A stretch of 53,154 bases of DNA from the IMG/VR virus record IMGVR_UViG_3300011443_000017, positions 1-53,154 of that record. One strand, 5' to 3'. The translations under genes and the position numbers were made by a program. The stretch is from a virus (taxonomy: Duplodnaviria > Caudoviricetes). Below the pieces are notes generated by a model that was not told the origin of the DNA, searched no databases, and saw only the letters and a program-made list of their open reading frames with translations. Positions 27,339 through 34,806 of the stretch are shown here, piece by piece (positions within the stretch are counted from its first letter, which is position 1; every line of letters starts with the position of its first letter).

Positions 27339-28130
27339 ATGCAACTATTGAGCGCGTTCGTCGGAGCGCCGGAAACAAATCGGGTCTATAACTGCGATGC
27401 GCTCAGCTTACTACGCGCCTTGCCAGATAGCAGTGTTGATCTTGTATTCATTGACCCGCCGTATGGCAACAATAATGGCGTTGACGACTTAGCAGGGGCA
27501 AGGGCGCGGGATAAGGTCAAGGGCGGTAGGCAGCGCGGCGAAATAAGCGTGATAGCCAACGATAGTAGATTGGATTGGGAGGCACTTATTCCGTCCGTCC
27601 TGGTGGAAGTAAATCGCGTACTCAAACCGAGCGGCGGCTGCTGCTGCTGCTGCATGGGAGGCGGCGGGCCAGAACCACATTTTGCGCGGTTGGCGATGTG
27701 GTTAGATCAGTATCACGAATTCTTTCACGCCGTTGTGTGGGACAAATCCGCGCGGGGTTTTGGTATGGGTTGGCGTTATCGGCGCAATTATGAATTCATC
27801 ATGGTTAGTCACAAGCGCGGCGGCAAGCTGGCATGGAATGAGAACCGGGGCGCGCAACCCAATGTAATCAACTTTCACCCAACGGATAACGCGCTGCATC
27901 CAACGCAGAAGCCGTTATCCCTGGTGGAATTCTTTATTGAGAACCACACCACGCCGGGGCAGTTGGTAGTCGATTGCTTTGCGGGAAGCGGTACGACTGG
28001 ACTCGCCGCGCGCAATTTGAAGCGCAAGTACATCCTAAGCGATATTGACGCGGGATACGTGGCAGTGATGAATAAGCGGTTGTCACAGGATTACACGCCG
28101 TCATTCATGCCGATTTTAGAGGCCGTGTAA
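27339..28130 (+). CDS. Orphan N6-adenine/N4-cytosine DNA methyltransferase (beta class)
   Basis: DPPY before HPTQKP and DCFAGSGTT. Confidence 0.92.
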   Translation: MQLLSAFVGAPETNRVYNCDALSLLRALPDSSVDLVFIDPPYGNNNGVDDLAGARARDKVKGGRQRGEISVIANDSRLDWEALIPSVLVEVNRVLKPSGGCCCCCMGGGGPEPHFARLAMWLDQYHEFFHAVVWDKSARGFGMGWRYRRNYEFIMVSHKRGGKLAWNENRGAQPNVINFHPTDNALHPTQKPLSLVEFFIENHTTPGQLVVDCFAGSGTTGLAARNLKRKYILSDIDAGYVAVMNKRLSQDYTPSFMPILEAV

Positions 28131-28215
28131 GTCGATAGGTATTTGAGGGTTCGGAAACTGGTACACATGCAAACTGAAAATTCAGACATAGTAAGAGGCA
28201 TTTTATGAGAAGTTG

Positions 28216-28357
28216 TGATATAATAAATCAGGCGATTTTCCGCCTAAGAAAAGCAAACGACACTGATGGGTTCAGTGCCGCGCGCAGTAGCGATCTATCC
28301 ATGCAAAGGAGCATAGACCGTATGTTTAGTATATTCGATTTAACCCCCAAACGTCAA
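28216..28357. promoter_or_regulatory. Sense promoter, hairpins, leader ORF and antisense promoter upstream of the primase
   Basis: TGaTATAAT 28216-28224; SD AAGGAG in a hairpin; ATG 28322 of a 25-aa leader ORF coupled to the primase; minus-strand TTGACG-N18-TATACT (28357-28328). Confidence 0.65.
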
Positions 28358-28395
28358 TACCTCAGCGTTAGAAAATCCTCAGACGGCGGTGTGAG

Positions 28396-30786
28396 ATGAC
28401 CGCCAATATTCCCGACTTCGCAAAAGAACGGGGTATCAGCTACCCCACATTGGAACTATTCAACCTACGCCAGAACGGGGCAGGGTGGCTATGGGATACG
28501 CGCACGTTATCCGGTGGCAAGGCTACGCGCTGGAAGTCGTTCTACAGCATCCGCGAGGCCGCACCGGAAACCGAGCGCGAAACCTGGAAGAAATATACAT
28601 GGTATCCAGACCGCCCGAAAGACGCGCAATACTTCTTTCCCCCGAATTTAAGTCTGCAAGCGGTAGTCGATCAATACGACGGTGAGTTATGGCTTGTCGG
28701 TGGCGAAGTCGCTGCGATGAGTATGATAGACGCCGGGTTCAAAAACACAACTAGCTTTTTCGGGGATAGCAATATTCCTGATACGTTGGTTGCGGACTTG
28801 AAAAAGGCGGGCGTAGTGCGTCTGCGTATGATCCCAGACCGTGACGAAAGCGGGCAAGCCTGCGCGATGAACGTTCGTGATGCCCTCAAGGATAGCGGTA
28901 TCCAATTCACGGCCTACCAATTGCCGTATGCTCTCGAAACAAAACACGGCAAAGACGTAAATGATTACTGGCTTGGTCTGAAAGGGGAGTCGGTTGTGTT
29001 CCTCGAACGAATAGACACCCTCCCAGAATGGACGCTGCCAGAACCGCAACCCAAACCAACCTATAACTACGACACATCGGGCTATGCTGACAGTGATTTG
29101 CCCGCGCCATTCATTACCGATATTGAGCGGGCGTTGGATGTGTACCCGGTATTCAATAGCGACGGTTGGTCTAAGCGGAATGTGCCGTGTCCATTCCATG
29201 ACGACGTACACGCCTCTGCGACCTGGAATCATGATAAAGCGATCCTGCGCTGTCATGCCGGGTGTGGCAAGTCGTATCTGGCAAAGGAAGTCGGCGGGCA
29301 TTATGGGCTAGACCTCAAGCAATATTTTAACCCTGTACCCCTCTACAGCAGCGAAAGCACCGCGCCCAAACTTGACCCGGTTGCGGCGGTTGATCCTGTA
29401 CCCAACATCTCGATTGTTGAGAAGCAAGCCTACCGCCCGCCGCTGCCTGATTATGCTGAGTTATCGCCCGCCCAAAAGCAGGAAGCGAAAGCGGGGCGTA
29501 AGTGGCTGGATACCTATGTTAAATGGGCATGTGAGGCCGCGAGTGCAACGCCGGAAATCTTTCACGAGGCAACCGGTCTATGGTTGCTGGCAACCGCCGC
29601 AACGCGCCGTGTCAAGGTGCAGGTAGGCGGGGAAGACATATTCCCTAACCTGTACATCATGATTATCGCCAAAACCAGCTTGTACCGTAAATCGACAGGC
29701 ATGAAAAAAGCGGCGGCGGTTCTGAACAAAACCAATCTCGATGTATTGAAGCTGCCAGCGGAGGCTACACCCGAAGCGTTATTCGATGAATTGGCGGGTA
29801 TCAAACCAATCAATTTTGAGAAGCTACCACCGGACACACAAAAGCGTTGGTTGCTAGGGCGGGCGTTTGCGGGTCAACGTTCCATCATGAAAGACGAGGC
29901 CAGTTCAATCCTTGCCAACCTCAAAAAGGAATACATGGCGGGGTTGTCTGAAATCCTGCTGCAAGGCTATGACAGTGACGCCGGGGTGATCGACAAGCGC
30001 CTACAGACCAAAGGCGTTGTCAGTATCAAAGACTTGTCGATCTGTTTTCTAGGCGCGACGACTCCAACCATGTGGGCAAAGTACGTCGGGTTGGAAGAAC
30101 ACGAGAACGGGCTAACCCCACGCTTTGCACTCATCACGCCAGAAGGCCCGCCGGTCAATCGAGAAGCGCCGGACTATGTAGACATGCCCTATACGTTGGT
30201 TCAAGAGTTGCGCCATATGTTCCTTGAAATCCTTCCAGGGGATTACAAAACGATAGCGCCTATGGAGGAAGTGCAGTCACCGCCGGTTGTGTGTGCCAGC
30301 ATGTCCCCCGGCGCATTTGACAGCCTCAAGAAATACCGCAATGCACTCGGTTTCGACATGATAGCAGCGGAAACCGTAGACGACAGCAAGAGCGCGGCCT
30401 ACTCGCGTCTAGGGACAATGGCGTACAAAGTCGCGCTCCTATTTGCGATCATTGAAGCGAAAGCGCCCGCAATCCGCATTGAAGACCGCAATGCTTATGC
30501 CGCGATAATCGTCTGCGAACGGTGGCGCGAATCGCTACACCGACTTGATGTAGACATTGCCCGGTCACAGAATAACGGGGTGCATGAGAAGGTCTTAAAG
30601 TACATCCAATCATCTGGTGATATGGGTGTAACCCTTCGTGAGATTATGAAGGATTGTGCTTTGAAGACTAAAGCCTATGCTTTGGACATACTGTCCATAA
30701 TTTCGGATGATGGCACTATCGCAAGGTTTGAACGGAAGCCCGAAGGCAAAGGCCGTCCGACTGTGATTTACAAGTACATAGGCTAA
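28396..30786 (+). CDS. Primase-helicase (Toprim-like, CHC2-like Zn finger, DUF3987/YfjI-like ATPase, wHTH)
   Basis: PDRDESG and GKDVND Toprim; CPFHDD..AS...CHAGC; PNLYIMIIAKTSLYRKST, DEAS, NGLTPRF; KGRPT.IY end. Confidence 0.85.
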   Translation: MTANIPDFAKERGISYPTLELFNLRQNGAGWLWDTRTLSGGKATRWKSFYSIREAAPETERETWKKYTWYPDRPKDAQYFFPPNLSLQAVVDQYDGELWLVGGEVAAMSMIDAGFKNTTSFFGDSNIPDTLVADLKKAGVVRLRMIPDRDESGQACAMNVRDALKDSGIQFTAYQLPYALETKHGKDVNDYWLGLKGESVVFLERIDTLPEWTLPEPQPKPTYNYDTSGYADSDLPAPFITDIERALDVYPVFNSDGWSKRNVPCPFHDDVHASATWNHDKAILRCHAGCGKSYLAKEVGGHYGLDLKQYFNPVPLYSSESTAPKLDPVAAVDPVPNISIVEKQAYRPPLPDYAELSPAQKQEAKAGRKWLDTYVKWACEAASATPEIFHEATGLWLLATAATRRVKVQVGGEDIFPNLYIMIIAKTSLYRKSTGMKKAAAVLNKTNLDVLKLPAEATPEALFDELAGIKPINFEKLPPDTQKRWLLGRAFAGQRSIMKDEASSILANLKKEYMAGLSEILLQGYDSDAGVIDKRLQTKGVVSIKDLSICFLGATTPTMWAKYVGLEEHENGLTPRFALITPEGPPVNREAPDYVDMPYTLVQELRHMFLEILPGDYKTIAPMEEVQSPPVVCASMSPGAFDSLKKYRNALGFDMIAAETVDDSKSAAYSRLGTMAYKVALLFAIIEAKAPAIRIEDRNAYAAIIVCERWRESLHRLDVDIARSQNNGVHEKVLKYIQSSGDMGVTLREIMKDCALKTKAYALDILSIISDDGTIARFERKPEGKGRPTVIYKYIG

Positions 30787-30920
30787 TTGTGTCATTTAGT
30801 AATTGTGTCTTTTACCTCTCTTTGGTGGACATAATACCTTTACTAATAGGGATAAAGTGAATTGTGTCCTGATAGGGGGGGTGAAAGACAAAAATAAAAT
30901 GAGACACAAATGACACAATT
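30785..30920. other. Putative replication origin with iterons
   Basis: AATTGTGTC at 30785, 30801 and 30860; inverted GACACAAAT/GACACAATT at 30903 and 30912; degenerate copies at 30827 and 30887; AT-rich; directly after the primase. Confidence 0.75.
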
Positions 30921-30945
30921 AAATCAAATAGGAGGATTGGACACT

Positions 30946-31467
30946 ATGCATGAGATTAAATCAATCGAGACAGAATACAACGGCGTGCTATTCCGATCAC
31001 GATTAGAAGCACGGTGGGCAGTGTTTTTTGATAATCTGCGTGTTGATTGGCGATATGAGTTTGAAGGGTATGAAACCTCAACAGGTTATTACCTCCCTGA
31101 CTTCTATCTGCCAAACGTTTACATGCGGGATACGAGACAAAAAGGGGTTCTATTCGAGGTTAAGCCCGAAAGCTACGAAGGCACTGAACACGATCAACTT
31201 ACTGAGGTTGGTCGGGCGTTGGGTGTGTCTGGTATGTTGGCAAAAGGTTTTCAATACAACGGGGCGCACGATTGGGACGGGCTGTATCAAGTGGCGTTGG
31301 GTTGGGACGATAACATGATGATTTACAAATGCAGTTGTGGCAAAGTCAAATTTGATTACCACGAAGCGAACTACATGGAGTGTCCTAATCCGCATTGCAA
31401 AGAAATCCTTGAACCTATGGCTTGCTGGCTTGCCTACAACGCAGCCAACACCTATCGGTTCTGGTAG
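30946..31467 (+). CDS. PD-(D/E)xK nuclease family protein
   Basis: IETEYNGVLFRSRLEARWAVFFD, YLPDFYLP, FEVKP. Confidence 0.8.
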   Translation: MHEIKSIETEYNGVLFRSRLEARWAVFFDNLRVDWRYEFEGYETSTGYYLPDFYLPNVYMRDTRQKGVLFEVKPESYEGTEHDQLTEVGRALGVSGMLAKGFQYNGAHDWDGLYQVALGWDDNMMIYKCSCGKVKFDYHEANYMECPNPHCKEILEPMACWLAYNAANTYRFW

Positions 31468-31478
31468 GGGAGGGCTAA

Positions 31479-31706
31479 ATGAAAGCACGATACACCGAAC
31501 CGATCAGCATCAAGTCAGCCCGCGCCTTTATGCAAGCGTACTTCGGCAAACCGCGCATCCCGCACGGCTCACGCTGCCTGTGGGTGGCGGGCGTGCATGA
31601 TGTAGTCGATATACCCGGCGCGTATTTAATCAGCGCGGCGGGCGGGTCATGCGGCGTGATCGTGTACGCGCCGGTTGTGGAGCAAGCAGAGGAGAAATCG
31701 GCGTGA
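31479..31706 (+). CDS. Hypothetical protein
   Basis: GGAGG SD. Confidence 0.55.
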   Translation: MKARYTEPISIKSARAFMQAYFGKPRIPHGSRCLWVAGVHDVVDIPGAYLISAAGGSCGVIVYAPVVEQAEEKSA

Positions 31707-31894
31707 ATATTTACGACAAACTGTTTATCGGCCTCGTGGTTCTGTTGGCGGCATTGGGATTGTACATCTACACCCAGGACACGCCGGAAGGGTATGCGGT
31801 ATTGCTAGGGGTATCGATAGGTGTATTGCTTTCGCTCGCGAGCATGTGGCTAGGGCAGGCATCCAGCGGACGGCGGAAAGGCGGCGCATCATGA
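31703..31894 (+). CDS. Two-TM small membrane protein
   Basis: LFIGLVVLLAALGLYIY and YAVLLGVSIGVLLSLASMWL. Confidence 0.55.
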   Translation: MNIYDKLFIGLVVLLAALGLYIYTQDTPEGYAVLLGVSIGVLLSLASMWLGQASSGRRKGGAS

Positions 31895-31937
31895 CCCGCG
31901 CGCGGATCGCGGCGGCGTTAGCGGGGGAGGAGGCGTG

Positions 31938-32102
31938 ATGGATTGGGATGAATGGGAACTTATCGACAAGATCAGAATGCTACTGCAAATCATGTTGACT
32001 TCGAGTGATGCATACCTGCGATATAAGGCAAGCGTTGAGTTAGAAAAGCTACGGGTTAAGGAAATTGAAATCGAGCAGTCAAAAAAGGACGGCGCATCAT
32101 GA
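31938..32102 (+). CDS. Hypothetical 54-aa protein (not in ORF track)
   Basis: GGAGG SD; ATGA-coupled to the next gene. Confidence 0.5.
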   Translation: MDWDEWELIDKIRMLLQIMLTSSDAYLRYKASVELEKLRVKEIEIEQSKKDGAS

Positions 32103-32353
32103 CACAACGGCAGCCGACAGCGGCGGACAAGGAACAGGCGGCGTACATCGCGCGGTTGGAACGCGAAGCGGCGGCGGGGCGGGTGTTGTTCGATAAGGTA
32201 TCCGAAGTCAGCAATATGGGGCTTAATCGGTTCTATCGGACGCCGATGTATTTAGAGCAGCATATGACGCTTGAGGAGTGGGAAGCTTTGACCATAGACG
32301 CGGCGCTAGATGAGTATCGCAAAGCGTTAGCGACGTTGGACGGAGAGGGGTAG
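32099..32353 (+). CDS. Hypothetical protein
   Basis: Coupled ORF. Confidence 0.55.
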   Translation: MTQRQPTAADKEQAAYIARLEREAAAGRVLFDKVSEVSNMGLNRFYRTPMYLEQHMTLEEWEALTIDAALDEYRKALATLDGEG

Positions 32354-32439
32354 GGGGCAAAAGGGCTAGCGCCAACTAGCCCCATGCGAAACCAGATCGT
32401 TGCACATGACACTCGATAGGATATTACACTACTTCAGGA

Positions 32440-32874
32440 GTGTCAAATTTGAACGTCATACAACTCGGTTTCGATCCTCAAGATAATCGCCTATGGTGGT
32501 GCGACCAACATCGCTGGAATACTCGCACCGAAGACGGCGAAGAAGAACCGGATACCGTCAAGCGCCCAACGGAGATACGCGCGTTCCGAAACATCTTTCG
32601 CCAGTCGCGCCTCATGGCTAAGAAGGGCGTGATGATTAATCTTACACAGATGCACCGGGAAGCGTTGCGACTTGAACACGCGGCAATGTCGCGCCCGCCA
32701 TACCCGGATAACGTCTATGGTTACATCGCATCGCGGATGCAGGGTATCCCGCCAACACAAGTCAAATTCCTATTGGACGAATGCAGCTTCGTTGTGTTAT
32801 TGCGGGAACTGTTGGGAATGCCTGCACTGGTCATGGATTGGGAAGTCCCCGACACCGTCAAGCGCGCGGCGTAA
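32440..32874 (+). CDS. Hypothetical protein at the early/late boundary
   Basis: 144-aa ORF, start uncertain; overlapped by minus-strand TTGACA-N17-TATCCT (32446-32418). Confidence 0.5.
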   Translation: MSNLNVIQLGFDPQDNRLWWCDQHRWNTRTEDGEEEPDTVKRPTEIRAFRNIFRQSRLMAKKGVMINLTQMHREALRLEHAAMSRPPYPDNVYGYIASRMQGIPPTQVKFLLDECSFVVLLRELLGMPALVMDWEVPDTVKRAA

Positions 32875-32911
32875 TGCAGGTTGTAATAGAGTTTAGTGAT
32901 ATAATAAGTAA

Positions 32912-33168
32912 TAGAGCGCTATGCATATTGCAGGCGCTTTTTGCATTCATGCTGATTGTGCGCGAATCCAAAAAACGCAATACACACAAGCCAGCGAATG
33001 CAAATACATTCCCCTGCCGTCAGCGCCCTCAACGTCAACCCGAAGCGGCGCATTGATCGACAGGGGATACGCGGGTGTTGGACATGGCGTCCGTTTTTCA
33101 CGCCAGCCCGTTCGAGTCGGGCTTCCCGCACAATTCACACACAACGCCTGCACATTGCGGGCGTTTTT
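32912..33168 (+). ncRNA. Structured RNA: three hairpins, a tRNA-like domain (33071-33130) and a terminator
   Basis: TGaTATAAT 32897-32905; stems TTTGCATTC/GAATGCAAA and TCCCCTG/CAGGGGA; T arm GCCCG-TTCGAGT-CGGGC with GCGGG/CCCGC acceptor; terminator AACGCCTGCA-cat-TGCGGGCGTT-TTT. Confidence 0.6.
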
Positions 33169-33185
33169 ATTTACGAGGTTGCCTG

Positions 33186-34709
33186 ATGAAACGTCTGCTG
33201 CTGTTGATCGTTGGGTTACTGCTGACCGTCCATTTTAGCGCCGCGCAAATGGTTATTCGTATCGGCGTGTTAGGTGACAGCAACTCAGATGAATACCGCG
33301 CTGACGACAACCGAGCAGGAGGCACGCCCTACGCCGCAACCACGCTCAATTGGTTGGAACTGGCGCAGCGTTACCGGGGCGTTGACGTAGGGACATGGGG
33401 TAGTCGCTCCGAACCGCGCCGCGCCGGATATGCCTACAATTGGGCGCGCAGTGCAGCGACGGCGGGTTCAATGGTGAGTAGCGGTCAACATACCGGACTG
33501 GCAAATCAAATCAGCGCGGGGCAGGTGGACTACGCCGTCATCTTCGTCGGCATAAACGACTTCCATATCTGGAACGGCACGTATGCGGCGGTGTATAACT
33601 GCCCAACCCCGTGCGCCGCTACCCAAACTAAGATCGACGCGATTGTTGCCAACCTGACAACGGCAGTGGATACGTTACTTGCCGCCAACCCCGACGGCGT
33701 TTTACTCGTTAACTATTTCGATCCTGACTTTGTAGCCGAGTTTCCCGATGCCAGTAAACGAGCGCGGGTCACGGCGGCCATTGAGGAAATCAATACCCGC
33801 CTCGATACATTGGCTGCATCGCGCGGAATTGTGTTGGCGGACATCGCCGCGCACACTGCCGACGTTATGACCTTGATTGACGCCAGCGGTAATCTCATTA
33901 TCGGCGGCGAATCCATCAGTGTCATGGTGCAAGGGAACGAACCCCACCATTTGCGGCTAGGGGATAGCGTTGGACATCCCGGTACTGTCGGCAATGGGTT
34001 ACTCGCGAATTACCTCATGGGCGAATTGGCAGACGGTTATGATCTGCCGTTCACGCCATTCAGCGATGTTGAGATATTGGCGAATGCCGGTATCCTGCCC
34101 GCGCAACCAACCGCCACGCCGACGGTTACGCCTGTTCCAACCCTCACCCCAACACCTACCGCCACGCCGCAAAGCAGCGCCTTTACCCTGCAAATCAGCG
34201 GCGGCGGAAACGATGTCAACGAGGTCAATAATGCGTTGACTGCCAACGGTAATCCCATGTGGATTGGCAACGGCGGTACGACGGCGACCAGCTTCACAGG
34301 CTTACGGTTTACGGGCGTGACTATCCCACAGGGCGCAACCATCACGGCGGCGCATATTGAAGTGCGTTCGGCGCAATCGCAGTGGATTAACCTATCCTTG
34401 CAATTCAGAGGCGAAGCTACCAATAACAGCGCCGCATTTAGCGCAGGCAACCGACCCTCGCAGCGCCCATTGACCGCCGCGCAGATTATCCACACCAGCA
34501 ATACCAATTGGTCAAGTGGGCAGTGGGTTGCGTTGAATGACATTAAGACGGTTATTCAGGAAATTGTTAACCGCCCCGGTTGGGTATCCGGTAACGCTTT
34601 GAGCCTGATTGTGAAAGGCACGGGCGGGAACTGGTCGCGTAAATTCCTGACCAGTTACGAGGGCAATGCCGCGCAATCCATTCGCTTAGTGGTGACAGTA
34701 TCGTCATGA
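33186..34709 (+). CDS. Secreted SGNH/GDSL esterase with Pro/Thr linker and beta-sandwich C-domain
   Basis: Signal MKRLLLL...SAAQ; LGDSNSD, VGINDF, DSVGHP blocks; PTATPTVTP linker; GLRFTGVTIPQGATITAA domain. Confidence 0.85.
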   Translation: MKRLLLLIVGLLLTVHFSAAQMVIRIGVLGDSNSDEYRADDNRAGGTPYAATTLNWLELAQRYRGVDVGTWGSRSEPRRAGYAYNWARSAATAGSMVSSGQHTGLANQISAGQVDYAVIFVGINDFHIWNGTYAAVYNCPTPCAATQTKIDAIVANLTTAVDTLLAANPDGVLLVNYFDPDFVAEFPDASKRARVTAAIEEINTRLDTLAASRGIVLADIAAHTADVMTLIDASGNLIIGGESISVMVQGNEPHHLRLGDSVGHPGTVGNGLLANYLMGELADGYDLPFTPFSDVEILANAGILPAQPTATPTVTPVPTLTPTPTATPQSSAFTLQISGGGNDVNEVNNALTANGNPMWIGNGGTTATSFTGLRFTGVTIPQGATITAAHIEVRSAQSQWINLSLQFRGEATNNSAAFSAGNRPSQRPLTAAQIIHTSNTNWSSGQWVALNDIKTVIQEIVNRPGWVSGNALSLIVKGTGGNWSRKFLTSYEGNAAQSIRLVVTVSS

Positions 34710-34804
34710 GGCGTTGGTGGCGATGGATTAAAGTGCGCTGTCAATTGCGCCGCATGAAACGGGCGCTGCAAGAAATCCACGCCACGCGCGATACTGAGGA
34801 ATAA
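34706..34804 (+). CDS. 32-aa Arg/Trp-rich peptide
   Basis: MRRWWRWIKVRCQLRRMKR; ATGA-coupled; supplies the SD of the next gene. Confidence 0.4.
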   Translation: MRRWWRWIKVRCQLRRMKRALQEIHATRDTEE

Positions 34805-34806
34805 GT

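Noticed and set aside
30785-30920. CRISPR-like array
   Set aside because: Repeats are 9 nt, irregularly spaced and in both orientations; no array seen anywhere in the window.
22828-32104. Recurring GCGCA(A)TCATGAC junction motif and many C-terminal -AA/-AS ends
   Set aside because: Explained by SD plus ATGA translational coupling; no independent evidence for degrons or recombination sites.
33071-33130. Canonical tRNA gene
   Set aside because: Only 60 nt; D and anticodon arms cannot both form; no assignable anticodon.
33075-33185. N-terminal extension of the SGNH ORF
   Set aside because: Runs through the RNA structure and terminator; signal peptide and SD fit 33186.
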